From sequence record MK250019.1: a stretch of DNA of 64,000 nt, one strand, 5' to 3'. A program made the translations under genes and the position numbers. Below the pieces are notes generated by a model. The model saw nothing but the letters and a program-made list of their open reading frames with translations, was not told the origin of the DNA and searched no databases. Shown here in pieces: positions 1 to 11,107 of the stretch (the stretch's first letter is position 1; every line of letters starts with the position of its first letter).

Positions 1-524
1 CAAATTTTTTCTTCTTCTGTTAGATTTTTCCTGGACCAAATAATTGTTTGTGGAAATTTGGTCATTGATATTGTATTGATTCTTGTAGATGCTTCTTCTG
101 GATCAGGAAAACCATCTTCAGAAACTTCTGTTTCAATATCGCACCACCATGTTGGCGGAATATTCATTTCAAATAATGGGTCAACTGCTTTTCCGAATGA
201 ATTTAGAATTTCATTTATACGAAGTTCTGGAAGTTTATCTACAGGATTTCTTCTAACCCATTTATTATCATATGATTTCCATTGATGCATAACAGGAGTT
301 CCATCTGGATTGAACTTATATTGTTTTGTTGCAAAATCATATTCTTGAAATGGTTTATCTGCATTTGCTTTATTTGTATATTTCCATTCGAACATTGATT
401 CTTTAGGAACAGGATATTGTAAAAATTTAACATCTCCTTTTTTATCTACATATGAAACAAGTAATTTCTTAGTAGGTGTTCCATCTGGTAATATAAAATC
501 TATCTATTCTTTATTAATAATCAT
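1..524 (-). CDS. Family B DNA polymerase (T4 gp43-like), N-terminal/exonuclease part; runs off the window
   Basis: ATG at 524 reads MIINKE(TAG)IDFILPDG...PTWWCDIETEVSEDGFPDPEEASTRINTISMT, open to base 1. DIET is the ExoI motif. One TAG, at codon 7. Confidence 0.75.
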
Positions 525-579
525 ACTTATATTAATGATATATTTTGCTAATAATTATAGTAAGTTAATCAGTATAAGT

Positions 580-1188
580 TTAGATTACTTTACTGATTAA
601 CTTAAGTTTTAATGCTTCATCTGCTGTTATTACCCAGTCTTTTTTCTTATCATAAATATCATCAAGATCTGCTTTTGTAATTGCTGTTTCTTTCATGAAT
701 AAATCAAATATCATATCATTTAATCGTTTTGCTTCTTTAACAGAATCTTCAAGTTCTGCGACTTTACCAACAGCAAGAGATGAAACCGTATGAATCATAA
801 ATGTTGTATTTTTATATGCAAATCGTTGTTCATATGGAACTGAGAGAAGAATAAATGTCCCAGCAGATAAGCATGCACCAACTGCATATATATTAACTTT
901 ACAATGGTTATTAAGATTTCTTAACATATCATGTATAGCCCAACCATCATAACATGCGCCACCAAAAGTATTAAGATATACATTTACATCAGGCGGAATA
1001 ATTTTTTCCTTTAACTTTTGATTAAATGTATCTTCTAATATTTTGGTATTTTCTTTTATTATTTTATTATCTTTTATTATTAAGTTATTACAAAATTTAA
1101 CAGTATCAAATGATGTATCATTATTTATATCATCATTAATATAAAATACTCTGTCAGATAAATTGAATGTTTGTAATTCGTTTGTCAT
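580..1188 (-). CDS. clpP: ClpP-family protease proteolytic subunit
   Basis: YLNTFGG..YDGWAIHD, CLSAG (Ser), FMIH (His), DWVITADEA; no TAG. Confidence 0.9.
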   Translation of the reverse strand: MTNELQTFNLSDRVFYINDDINNDTSFDTVKFCNNLIIKDNKIIKENTKILEDTFNQKLKEKIIPPDVNVYLNTFGGACYDGWAIHDMLRNLNNHCKVNIYAVGACLSAGTFILLSVPYEQRFAYKNTTFMIHTVSSLAVGKVAELEDSVKEAKRLNDMIFDLFMKETAITKADLDDIYDKKKDWVITADEALKLKLISKVI

Positions 1189-1254
1189 CTAATTTATTAT
1201 TATAATTTAACTTTAAATGTTATATAACAGAAATTAACTTTTGTTTGAAATAAA

Positions 1255-1286
1255 AAAGGATATTACATTGTTGTGTAATATCCTTT
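1255..1286 (-). terminator. Intrinsic terminator hairpin
   Basis: aaaggatattaca/tgtaatatccttt stem with a T-run on the minus strand, downstream of the 1301-1906 gene. Confidence 0.7.
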
Positions 1287-1300
1287 AATATATTAATTTT

Positions 1301-1906
1301 TTATCTTCTACCACCAAAATGTCCTGTTCCTCTATTATTTGATGGGAAATGTCCTTGTGTTACTCTCGTTGAACTTCTTCTGGAACCAAAACCATTAGGT
1401 CTCCTATTAGATGGTTGACTATTAAAATTTGGTCTTCGATCCATTGGTGGACGTTGCTGATTTCCAAATGATGGTCTATAATTTGGTTTACCATAATTAA
1501 ATGGTGGTCGACTATCATGTGGTTTTCCATAATTTGGATTTCTATATGGTCTCATTGGTGGACGTTTAAATTCATAATCACGTGGACCAGGTCTCATATA
1601 ATGTCTATAACCCGGATTATAATGATATACATATCCATGAGGTCTGCAATAATGAGATGGATAGAAATACCAATAATTATTATATCTATATGGATAATAA
1701 TATATACCTCTATATAAATAGTAACTTAAAACATTATCAATATAATATGGTGTTCCATATCTAACAACTGTTGAAAATGTAACAGATGGTGTTGTATATG
1801 TATCATCATATTCATATGGTGATTGTGCAGATGCATATGTAGTTGAACAAGATGCAAATGTAATTACAGTAATTAGCAGAATCAAAAAATATTTAATCTT
1901 ATTCAT
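1301..1906 (-). CDS. Putative lipoprotein with Tyr-rich core and disordered Arg/Gly/Pro-rich tail
   Basis: MNKIKYFLILLITVITFASC lipobox; TAG-free. Confidence 0.7.
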   Translation of the reverse strand: MNKIKYFLILLITVITFASCSTTYASAQSPYEYDDTYTTPSVTFSTVVRYGTPYYIDNVLSYYLYRGIYYYPYRYNNYWYFYPSHYCRPHGYVYHYNPGYRHYMRPGPRDYEFKRPPMRPYRNPNYGKPHDSRPPFNYGKPNYRPSFGNQQRPPMDRRPNFNSQPSNRRPNGFGSRRSSTRVTQGHFPSNNRGTGHFGGRR

Positions 1907-2003
1907 ATCTTTAAAATTTTTAATATTTATATATTAGTATATGTAAAAATGCTATTGGTAAATTCATATTTGTTAATATGAAATACCATATATTTTTATA
2001 TTA

Positions 2004-2013
2004 CAAAGATACA
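2004..2013 (-). promoter_or_regulatory. Bacteroidota-type -7 promoter box TGTATCTTTG
   Basis: Contains TAnnTTTG; one of 8 identical intergenic copies. Confidence 0.7.
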
Positions 2014-2035
2014 TNNNNNNNNNNNNNNNNNNNNN

Positions 2036-2769
2036 TTAAAGTGTAAAATATTGATCATCATTAGTTTTACCAAATGGTAATTTATATGTTCCTTGTAATT
2101 TGCAATTTTGACCAGTAAAATAAAATATTCTTATATTATATCCATAATACCAAGGTTCTCCATCATAATATTTTATTTCATTATTTTCAGCTGCAATAAA
2201 TAATCCACTCATATATATGTGATCTGGATATGCATCAGATGACTTACTATACACACATGTCATTGTACATAAAGGATATATAGAAGACGTAATTTTAATA
2301 GCACTCCAAAAAGATGGCGAATTTTTTAAAGTACCATTAGTATCAATAGATGGATATGCGCCATTACTACCTATGTTTCTTATAAATACTTTATATGTGT
2401 AAGTTATAGATGTGCTTTCTTTTTTTGTAATATATTAAATAGTGGTGTACCATTATAACTAAATGTAATAGTTCTGGATGTATCTGTTTTTGATATATTT
2501 ATATATATACTTCTAACTGTTGTTGTATCTTCCCCTTCTGCATCATCTAATATAGAGGCACTACAGTCAGAGTAATTAGAATCTAATGAAAAACTATTAT
2601 TACCTAATGTTCCTGTAAAATTTCCATCATCTGTTTGTAAGCCAAAAAAAATTTGTGGTGATGTTGTTCCTGTAGCAGTATCAAATAATTGTGTTTTTAA
2701 TATACCTTTTGCCCCTCTACTAGCAGAAACTGTTATAGTATTGTTTGTATATTTCTAAAATTTAGACAT
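2036..2769 (-). CDS. Ser/Thr-rich beta-type protein (BACON-like end to the first domain), split by a -1 shift at A AAA AAG
   Basis: ATG 2769 with TAG at codon 5; the zero frame stops at TAA 2404; the -1 frame is open from 2420 to TAA 2036. Confidence 0.55.
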
Positions 2770-2908
2770 AAAATTATAATTTATTTTTATATCTACATCT
2801 AATTATGAAATACAATAAGTTATTATACATATCTAATAAAAGAATTTAAATTATAAAAATAAATGGTTAGATTCTTTATTTCGTTTAAGAATCTAACCAT
2901 TTTCTTAT

Positions 2909-3952
2909 TTATGCCTGATAAGAATACTTGTCAAACATTGAATCAATATTAGAGGGATGTACAGCATTAATGCCGATTTCATCGCATTTTCTTAATGTAT
3001 CATGAAAATCATCTATAAGACATACCTCTTTAAGATCCCACTTCATCTTATGAGCAAGCTGCTCAATAAAGACGTGCTTGAAATTTTTATTTCCAACGAA
3101 CATTCGGTTCTCAACAGGAATTTCAGGAAAATATTTATCAAGCCATTCATTCTTCTCCTTCCACGCAATTGAATTGGCACATGCAGTAACAATATATACA
3201 TTATTCATGTCATAATGTTCCTTTACAAAATCAATAACATGTTTCACTGGTTTCAGATTTTTAAATAGTTCGCTACTTACAAAATCGGAATTACCATGAA
3301 TGTCAAGTTTTGCTTTGCCATAACAGGCTAATGTACCATCCATGTCAAGAAGTAAATACTTATTAGTAAAATAATCAACGCGTATGAATTCATCTACTAA
3401 TGGAATATATTTATTCTTACATGCTTCAATACGTAAGTTTTTCTTATAAATATCTTCAACTGGAACTTTACGAGTTCGACCTTGAAGTCTCTTTATACAA
3501 ACTTCTACTGGAGTATCGAAGAATACACAAGTAATCTTATCTACATTATGTTCTCTTAAATAATCTATAATACTAAGATTATAATGATTATTAATTCCAC
3601 CACCATCAAGAATAATATTAACGTTTAGATTTTTTGATTTTGCAATTTCAAAAATCATTCGTCTTGCTAATTGAACAGAATCCTCATGAACAACTTCAGG
3701 ATGTTCATCAGTATATCCTTCTAACATAGGTTTAATTTCATCGGCAGAAATAATCCATGTAGAATTATCAATTAAATTATTCTCTAATGCCTCATTAATG
3801 TCTTCAAATGAATAATCATCAAATGGATGTGTTGTTGACAATAGAGTTGACAACATATCACATAAATGACCTGCATCTGAATAATTATTTGAAATAAACG
3901 TAGACTTGCCAGAACATGGCAACCCTACGAAATACATAAACTTACTGATCAT
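2909..3952 (-). CDS. Polynucleotide kinase/phosphatase-like protein (AAA_33 kinase plus HAD domain; PseT architecture)
   Basis: Walker A GLPCSGKS; HAD motif LLDMDGTL; LIDD. Confidence 0.8.
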   Translation of the reverse strand: MISKFMYFVGLPCSGKSTFISNNYSDAGHLCDMLSTLLSTTHPFDDYSFEDINEALENNLIDNSTWIISADEIKPMLEGYTDEHPEVVHEDSVQLARRMIFEIAKSKNLNVNIILDGGGINNHYNLSIIDYLREHNVDKITCVFFDTPVEVCIKRLQGRTRKVPVEDIYKKNLRIEACKNKYIPLVDEFIRVDYFTNKYLLLDMDGTLACYGKAKLDIHGNSDFVSSELFKNLKPVKHVIDFVKEHYDMNNVYIVTACANSIAWKEKNEWLDKYFPEIPVENRMFVGNKNFKHVFIEQLAHKMKWDLKEVCLIDDFHDTLRKCDEIGINAVHPSNIDSMFDKYSYQA

Positions 3953-3958
3953 AACCTA

Positions 3959-4894
3959 TTATAAATTAAATTGATCTTTAATTCTATCCCATTTTCTATG
4001 TAATATATCTGTACATTGTATAGCATAATTATATAACTTAATAACATCATTTTTTCTAGAAAAATATGCTTGTATACAATTATGATTATCTATACGTAAA
4101 TGAAAATTAATATTATAATACTAATTAATAAGATTAAATAATTCAATATATAAAGATTTCCAACTTATATGATTACTTATTGATATTGATATACTATTTC
4201 TCGATTTAGAAATACATCCATCACCATCTAGAAATCCTATTAAAAAATATATTAAATATACTTTATCATAGAATATTGAAATATCTGGAGGATTATATGT
4301 TTTCTACTTATTTATGAGATTAAAAGTTTTTAACCATTTTTCACAAAATGATTTATCTCCTATACGTATATAACAATTCATATATTTCCCAAAAGTAGAA
4401 TTTGCTTCATGTTCTCTAACATTTGTATTTAATTTATCTGCTAATAACTATAAATTATGTTTATCTTTATTAGAAAGAGATATAATAAATTCATTTCTTG
4501 CAGATATACAACCGTCAGCCATAAAAAATCCCCACCAATAATAGACTTCTTTATTATTTAAATTATTCATAAAATTTAAATTACCATGTCTACGACGATT
4601 TATATTATGTGAAAATTTCATTCGTTCACACGCTTGAAACTAAATAGCATTATAACTAAGATTTGGAAATGCATCTAATAATTCCTATTTAGATGCATTA
4701 TACCATAAATCTCTTAATTTTTCATTATTTTCATTAGTCCACTTAAAATTACAATGTATTTGTAATTCATGAGCTTTCTTTTTAATTGCACTTTTTGTTC
4801 TATTTGGTAATAATTTAATACATTCAGTTAATCCTGATATAGGATAATACTACTTTAATATATTAATTTCATTATCAGTCCAAAAATTATACAT
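3959..4894 (-). mobile_element. Free-standing double-motif LAGLIDADG homing endonuclease (311 aa, TAG=Gln)
   Basis: WGFFMADGCIS and IGFLDGDGCIS motifs; 936 nt open apart from at least 5 TAG codons. Confidence 0.85.
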
Positions 4895-4912
4895 AGAAAA
4901 TTAATATTAATT

Positions 4913-6493
4913 TTAGATTGTGCCATCAAGAAGTTTATGAACTGCATCTTGACGTGTTTTACGAATTTCTGCAAGTGTAAACTCTTTTACAAGCTTACCG
5001 TCTTCAAACACCGTCTTCAATTCATTCTTATCTGATGCTTCATCTTCAATAGAAACTCGATCAATAGGTTTATAATTACCATTTTCATCCTTTACAACCA
5101 TAATAAGACCACGATGTGATTTCTTTGGTGTACCAGTAACAGTCTTTGGATCTTTAAAAATTTCAATAGATTTCCCATTTACAGAGCACCATGTTGCCTT
5201 ACATGCAAATGCTAATTGATCTCTAGTATTCATTTGAAAAGAAAATGATCCAATTCCCAAAATCAAATTAGTAGCAGCAAACATCTTATCTTCAAGTTGT
5301 GCATAAATCATTCTTTGACGTTTCATATTGATAGAATCACCATAAAGAAGTCCAATATGTGTATCAAGTACTTTATATCCCTTCTTATTAAATGTTCCAC
5401 CAAATATATTCCAAAGAAATTCATATGAACCCATCTTTACAAATTGATCATTTGCTTCTGAATCACCACAAATAATCTTTACAGGATCACCACTATCAGG
5501 ACGGATAACTACTCGACCATTTCGACTCATAATCTGTTCCTTATACTTAGGTACGATCTTTGTAATAAAATACCAATAATCATAGCCGTCTGCTACAATA
5601 GAAATAATACCATCAGGAAATTCATCAAGCATTCTCTTAAAATAAATTTCATCATCAGGAATACCAGAATCATTTGTTGCATTTGAACATTCCACTGAAT
5701 GTTCTGTTGCTGGTACTGTAGCTGCAATTAATTCTTTCTTAGGGTCTGCTTTATAATAGTACTCAATCATTTTAATTGCAGGTACCGATTCAGAACCACA
5801 AAATGATGTAAGATGTGCCATGCCTGAAGTGATTGTAGTTTCAAGAGAACTCATACCTCTCATTGAAAAATCATGACACAAAAAATCAAGGTTAGACAAA
5901 TCATTAGGATTATAAAAACCTGTTTTCATTGCATGTCTAACAAGTTCACGTCTATAAACATCTGAAATTGTAGCGGATGTCATTGGTTGCCACAAAATAT
6001 TTGAAAGAATAGACTCCAAATAATTAGTAAGCCAAGCAAAATCAGGATGTGTGTTTGTGATTGTCAAAACAGGACATCCGATTGGACAATATGAACCTTC
6101 AGGAAGTGCCTTAATTCTAATAGGGAGATAACCAAGCTTATGCAAAGCAATAATATGATCTACTCCTACTTTCTTTGCAACTGCTTCACCAAGAAATGAT
6201 GTAGTTAAATCAGTATATGTTTTTCTAACAGTATCTTCATCAAGGTTAAAGAAGAAATTATTAAACGTATTAATAAGATACTTCTTGATAAAATACTGAA
6301 TACCAAATACAACTACACCTTCATTTGCCTCTGGGAGGTACTTATTTCCTCGTGGTGTAAAATTACTAAAAAGTTGTGTCATTCCCTTAGGATACATACA
6401 GTGATGACCAAGCTTGTAGCCATCAGTCATAAGCATTGCATTGAGAAGTATGTCTTCTACCATTACATGCTGAGAATCTTTTACGTTTGTCAT
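4913..6493 (-). CDS. nadV: Nicotinamide phosphoribosyltransferase (NAMPT)
   Basis: TDGYKLGH, HDFSMRG, PATEHSV, VIRPDSGDP, LLYGDSI. Confidence 0.95.
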   Translation of the reverse strand: MTNVKDSQHVMVEDILLNAMLMTDGYKLGHHCMYPKGMTQLFSNFTPRGNKYLPEANEGVVVFGIQYFIKKYLINTFNNFFFNLDEDTVRKTYTDLTTSFLGEAVAKKVGVDHIIALHKLGYLPIRIKALPEGSYCPIGCPVLTITNTHPDFAWLTNYLESILSNILWQPMTSATISDVYRRELVRHAMKTGFYNPNDLSNLDFLCHDFSMRGMSSLETTITSGMAHLTSFCGSESVPAIKMIEYYYKADPKKELIAATVPATEHSVECSNATNDSGIPDDEIYFKRMLDEFPDGIISIVADGYDYWYFITKIVPKYKEQIMSRNGRVVIRPDSGDPVKIICGDSEANDQFVKMGSYEFLWNIFGGTFNKKGYKVLDTHIGLLYGDSINMKRQRMIYAQLEDKMFAATNLILGIGSFSFQMNTRDQLAFACKATWCSVNGKSIEIFKDPKTVTGTPKKSHRGLIMVVKDENGNYKPIDRVSIEDEASDKNELKTVFEDGKLVKEFTLAEIRKTRQDAVHKLLDGTI

Positions 6494-6696
6494 AAAATTA
6501 ATTTATTTGTTTTTATTATTTGATTACAATAATAATCTGTTTGTTTGATTAACTGTAATCGTTATTTATATATTATGTTAACTTTAAAGTCTATATTTTT
6601 CATTAAAAAATAACATCCTATTTTCACAAACAAGATGTTATTATTTGATTTAATTTTTTATATGTTTAATTATAAAAATAAAAAGGATCTTTTTAA

Positions 6697-7242
6697 TTAA
6701 GCAACTTCACGTACTTCCCAATCACTGATTTCTACATCATACTTTTCTTTGTTAATTGAAATAGATTTGATGTTCTTAAGCGACAATGTACGATATTCAA
6801 TAACTGCAGTACTTGCCTTTTTCTTTGGCATAAATCTTTCCATATATGCTTTGTCAACTACAGAAATTGGTTCATCATTAAGAATAATGTTATTCTTGCA
6901 GTAGTTGTTAGGAATGTAAATCAAACATACATTACCTGTACTGATATACTGCATGATGACATTCTTAACAATATGACGTCTATTTGTATCAGTTGCCTTA
7001 TAATCTTCTCCAAGAATTTTACTCATTGTTTTCTCATAATCCTGTCCAAAATGGAAAGTTACAGAGAAACTTGTACGAGGCTGAAAGTCATCCTTGATTC
7101 TTTCCTTTGGAAGACCATCGGTGTTGAACTTATTCAACTTAATATCTGATTCACCATAAACGGTTACATATTTACCATTACACTTAGCGTTTGCCATAAT
7201 GTTGATGAACTCGTCTACTGATGTGATAATATTTGTATTCAT
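6697..7242 (-). CDS. Hypothetical protein
   Basis: 181-aa ORF behind a TGTATCTTTG box. Confidence 0.75.
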   Translation of the reverse strand: MNTNIITSVDEFINIMANAKCNGKYVTVYGESDIKLNKFNTDGLPKERIKDDFQPRTSFSVTFHFGQDYEKTMSKILGEDYKATDTNRRHIVKNVIMQYISTGNVCLIYIPNNYCKNNIILNDEPISVVDKAYMERFMPKKKASTAVIEYRTLSLKNIKSISINKEKYDVEISDWEVREVA

Positions 7243-7282
7243 AATTTTTATTTTTTAATTGTTTATTATTTCATTAACAATA

Positions 7283-7292
7283 CAAAGATACA
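7283..7292 (-). promoter_or_regulatory. TGTATCTTTG -7 box
   Basis: About 40 nt upstream of the ATG at 7242. Confidence 0.75.
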
Positions 7293-7337
7293 CATTTTAT
7301 TCCAAATAAAAAAATATATAAAGATAAAAACTATATT

Positions 7338-7484
7338 TTATTTAAAATTATCTCTGATGAACTTATCTATCACATCTTTTACAGAATTACATTTAAATTG
7401 TGTTTCAACATAACTACCAGTCCAATCTGTATGAACTTTGAAGTTATCTAAAAACCATTTAGATATTTTTTCTTTATTCATCAT
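7338..7484 (-). CDS. Small hypothetical protein (48 aa)
   Basis: MMNKEKISKWFLDNF...; ATGA overlap with the upstream gene. Confidence 0.55.
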   Translation of the reverse strand: MMNKEKISKWFLDNFKVHTDWTGSYVETQFKCNSVKDVIDKFIRDNFK

Positions 7485-7735
7485 TTTTGATTTTTTAAGT
7501 CATCAACCAATCGTTCTGTTTCTTTTAATAGAAAACGCAATACTATAAATAATTCACAAAGGATAAAAATAAACATAATCCATAATATAGTATTATTATC
7601 ATGTTTTTCCATTAATATAAAAAACATAATTATATCTATAGATGTAAACGGAAGAATTAAATATATTATCCAATTTATTATATGGCGCCAAATTCGTTCT
7701 TCTATATAATTATTTTGTTTTATATTATTATTCAT
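7481..7735 (-). CDS. Small membrane protein
   Basis: Two hydrophobic segments. Confidence 0.65.
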   Translation of the reverse strand: MNNNIKQNNYIEERIWRHIINWIIYLILPFTSIDIIMFFILMEKHDNNTILWIMFIFILCELFIVLRFLLKETERLVDDLKNQK

Positions 7736-7740
7736 ATTAC

Positions 7741-8118
7741 TTATTGTTTAATTTCTCTTTCTAAAATATTCTTTAATACCCATAATAACATATTATATGC
7801 AGTTTCTAACATATTATCATCTGCCGTAGTTTCTGCATGATAAATATCATCATTTTTAATATATTGTAATTGAATACATACAGGAGTAATAACAAGGAAA
7901 TAATCTAATGTTATAATATCATCAATACGTTTATAAATATCTTCTAACGTATATGTATAAAAACCTAATTTACATTTGATAATAGTATCAATATACTTTT
8001 CATTTTTATTTAAATTATATTGTCCCTTACCCATATAAACAAGGGAAGCATCTGAAACATCAAGACCTGCATTAATAAGAGTATCCATCTGTTTCTTTGT
8101 TAAAGCTATTTTGTTCAT
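7741..8118 (-). CDS. Hypothetical protein
   Basis: 125-aa ORF, first gene after a promoter box. Confidence 0.7.
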   Translation of the reverse strand: MNKIALTKKQMDTLINAGLDVSDASLVYMGKGQYNLNKNEKYIDTIIKCKLGFYTYTLEDIYKRIDDIITLDYFLVITPVCIQLQYIKNDDIYHAETTADDNMLETAYNMLLWVLKNILEREIKQ

Positions 8119-8144
8119 AATTATTTCGTTTTTATATTACTATA

Positions 8145-8154
8145 CAAAGATACA
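8145..8154 (-). promoter_or_regulatory. TGTATCTTTG -7 box
   Basis: 27 nt upstream of the ATG at 8118. Confidence 0.75.
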
Positions 8155-8223
8155 TATTTTATTCTAAATAAAAAAGAGAGATACTAAAATATAAAGTATC
8201 TCTCTTAAAATTATTATTAATTA

Positions 8224-9240
8224 TTACATGATATATTGTAAAAGCATTCTTGTTTCTTCATCTTGCCCGAGTTTTTTATTAGCCTCTCTCAAAATCTAAT
8301 TAACTCGTGTTTCTGTCATATTGTTTTCTTCTGCAATTTGCCAGGTATTTTTCTCTGGACGACCATTAATAGCGTAGCATGCACAAACAATTTCACCATT
8401 TCTTTTACCCATAACTCTCTTGATATTATCTTCAAGTTCTCTTGTTATATCTTCATTTTCAAGGTTACTTCCAGGCTCATTGAAAACATTATTTGTTGTC
8501 ATATCACCTAATGTTACTTTAGAATCTCCATCATCTCCAACAGATTGATCTAAACTATTTGCACGAGCATTTGCTTTCATCGTCTATACAAATGAATCAT
8601 AAGTTAAATTAGGGTGTTTCTTAACTAATACATCATAAATATCATCAATATCAGGTTCATAACCATTCTTATTAAATAAACGTTCTTTTACACGAGCAGC
8701 TTCACGAGCAATACTACCCATATTACGAGGAACTGCCATATGACCACCTACTTCATCAACTGCCATCATAATCTCTCGACGAATATACCAAATAGCATAT
8801 GATACAAATTTTACATCTTTTTCTGGTGTACTTGGATCATATGTTTCAGCTGCTTTCATAAGTCCAATATTACCATATTGAATTAAATCTTCTTTAGGAA
8901 TATTAAGATTTTTATACTTATTAACAACAGTAACAACAAACGGAAGATTTGCAGAAACTAATTTATTTTTTGCTGCCTCTACCTATCTCTTATTTGACGA
9001 ATGCTGAATAATATCTGCAAGTTTGCATTCATCTTCATGTGTTAATCTTTGTTTCTTATTAATTGCTTTTAAATATGCTACAAATGATTTTGCTGTATTT
9101 TCATCCTATGTAATAGTAAAATCATCATGTAAATCCATATGCATTCCATTATTATCTTCATTAAGAGTATTTCGTAATGAACGAGAAATACCTTCCATAA
9201 GGCTATTATACAATGCTTTCTTTTTATTAATTACTCTCAT
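8224..9240 (-). CDS. RNA polymerase sigma-70 family factor (338 aa, 4 TAG=Gln)
   Basis: Region 1.2 YLKAINKKQRLTHEDE; region 2 LVSANLPFVVTVV..DLIQYGNIGLMKAAETYD..KFVSYAIWYIRREI; region 4 HTH TWQIAEENNMTETRVN(Q)I. TAGs at 9106, 8983, 8584, 8296. Confidence 0.9.
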
Positions 9241-9331
9241 ATTTTATTTAATAAATTAATTTCAATAATTTATTATATTTATCAATATATAAAAATAGAG
9301 AATAGTTATCCCAACTATTCTCTATTATAAT

Positions 9332-9892
9332 TTAGTTATCCTGTACAATATTTAATATATGTTTAATCTTTTCTATATCATTATCTGTTATCCCTGTATA
9401 ATTATCAATGTGCACAAAATTATTCATTTGTTTGTCTAACATATCTTTATCATCATCTACAATACAATACTCTATATTTAAATTATCACTATTAAAAAAT
9501 TTTATATCATATAATGCAATATTATATGTTTGTGCACTTTTATCTAATACAATCGTTAAAAAATCATCTATTTCTTTTCCACGTGGTATATTATCTAAAT
9601 TTATATAATTTGGTGTTATTCCGACCATATATTTGTTTAAGGGTTTTAAATCTTTATATCGTTCAAATTCATGTTTTGTTGCTTCTAATGTAAATATTCT
9701 CCAAGATGATGATATAACTAATCTTACATTATACTTTTCACAAAGTTCTTTTATTTTAAAAACTGCTTTTTTATCGATAAAAATATCTCCTCCATTTTTT
9801 ATATATTCTTTTCCTTTATCATTTTCTGTACACCATATTGCATATTCTTCGGAATTTAAAACACCATCTATATCTAAAAATAAAAGTTTCAT
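9332..9892 (-). CDS. HAD-family protein (Swiss-Army-knife RNA-repair type)
   Basis: LFLDIDGVLNS, VISSSWR, YCIVDDD. Confidence 0.8.
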   Translation of the reverse strand: MKLLFLDIDGVLNSEEYAIWCTENDKGKEYIKNGGDIFIDKKAVFKIKELCEKYNVRLVISSSWRIFTLEATKHEFERYKDLKPLNKYMVGITPNYINLDNIPRGKEIDDFLTIVLDKSAQTYNIALYDIKFFNSDNLNIEYCIVDDDKDMLDKQMNNFVHIDNYTGITDNDIEKIKHILNIVQDN

Positions 9893-9916
9893 AATTTACA
9901 ATATATCTTATTTCAT

Positions 9917-10243
9917 TTAATCATCATCAAAATTATCATATATAGAAATTTTATTCTTTTTTCGTTCTTTCTGCTTTTCAATACACGGGAAACAGTATTC
10001 ACCAATACCTTTTATATATTTTTCATTTGTATATGTTGGTTCACCTTTAAAATTAAAATTTCGTTGTTCACCGTATGCAATATGTTTCTTCTTTTTCCAT
10101 TTAACAACTTTATCATGTTGTACTTCAATATCTCGAAGCTCTTTATATTTATTTTTTATTTTATATTTTTTATCGCCTTCTATAACAAAACTAGATGAAC
10201 CTTTTTTACTAATTTTATGTGACTGATGATAACTTCTAGACAT
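9917..10243 (-). CDS. Basic hypothetical protein
   Basis: 108-aa ORF within an operon. Confidence 0.65.
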   Translation of the reverse strand: MSRSYHQSHKISKKGSSSFVIEGDKKYKIKNKYKELRDIEVQHDKVVKWKKKKHIAYGEQRNFNFKGEPTYTNEKYIKGIGEYCFPCIEKQKERKKNKISIYDNFDDD

Positions 10244-10541
10244 CTTTTATATTATATATTTTATTTTTAAAATGTTTTAAAAAATCTTGATATTGCTCAT
10301 AATTTAATTCAATAAAATCATATTTTAATTTAAAATCAGTATTATTATTTGATAAACCATAATAAGAATCTGGTTGTTTATACAAAATCTGTTTATTGTA
10401 ATAAATTTTATATGTATCGTACATACGATTTGAATAACCAGTAGGCTTATATATTTCGACAGAAATAATACTACTTATCGGTATAATTTTACCATCTGAT
10501 GTACTAATATAATCATATTTTTTCTTTAATTTTATTGACAT
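10236..10541 (-). CDS. Hypothetical protein; ends at TAG, or 7 aa later at TAA 10215
   Basis: 101-aa ORF overlapping the next start. Confidence 0.65.
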   Translation of the reverse strand: MSIKLKKKYDYISTSDGKIIPISSIISVEIYKPTGYSNRMYDTYKIYYNKQILYKQPDSYYGLSNNNTDFKLKYDFIELNYEQYQDFLKHFKNKIYNIKDV

Positions 10542-10551
10542 ATTTTTTTAA

Positions 10552-10953
10552 TTAATATTCATCATCTATTTCATCACATAAATCTAAAAATTCCTCCTGT
10601 ATTGCATTATCCAAAATTTGAAATTCTCTGCGTTCGTTATATTCGTCTTCTGATTTAATCGCATCTGCCCAATCTGCATCAATATCATATACTTTTCTTG
10701 TATCTGTTGACATAACACGAATCATATTATGAATTTCTTTTTGCTTTCTGAATCCATAATCAGAAATATATCGTTCTACAAGAATTTCTTTTTTAAATAT
10801 AGGAATAATACAAATGAGTTTCGTATTCATTTCATCTTTCTCACATGAATGAATACCAGGAATCAACAATACAGACTTACCTGTTTCTACATTTATATTA
10901 TATGATGTATTACTGCGAAGAAATACAAGATCACCAATTTTAAATTCTGCCAT
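10552..10953 (-). CDS. Hypothetical protein
   Basis: 133-aa ORF after a promoter box. Confidence 0.7.
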   Translation of the reverse strand: MAEFKIGDLVFLRSNTSYNINVETGKSVLLIPGIHSCEKDEMNTKLICIIPIFKKEILVERYISDYGFRKQKEIHNMIRVMSTDTRKVYDIDADWADAIKSEDEYNERREFQILDNAIQEEFLDLCDEIDDEY

Positions 10954-10993
10954 AATTTTAATATCTTATTAATATTGTTTATTATTTACAATA

Positions 10994-11003
10994 CAAAGAT
11001 ACA
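10994..11003 (-). promoter_or_regulatory. TGTATCTTTG -7 box
   Basis: About 40 nt upstream of the ATG at 10953. Confidence 0.75.
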
Positions 11004-11107
11004 CATATTATTTGAATTAAAAAAATAAAAAAAGAAAAATCTTAATATATTATTTCTATAATAAGAATATATATATTAAGATTTAACGTTTTAAGCCTAT
11101 GAAATAG

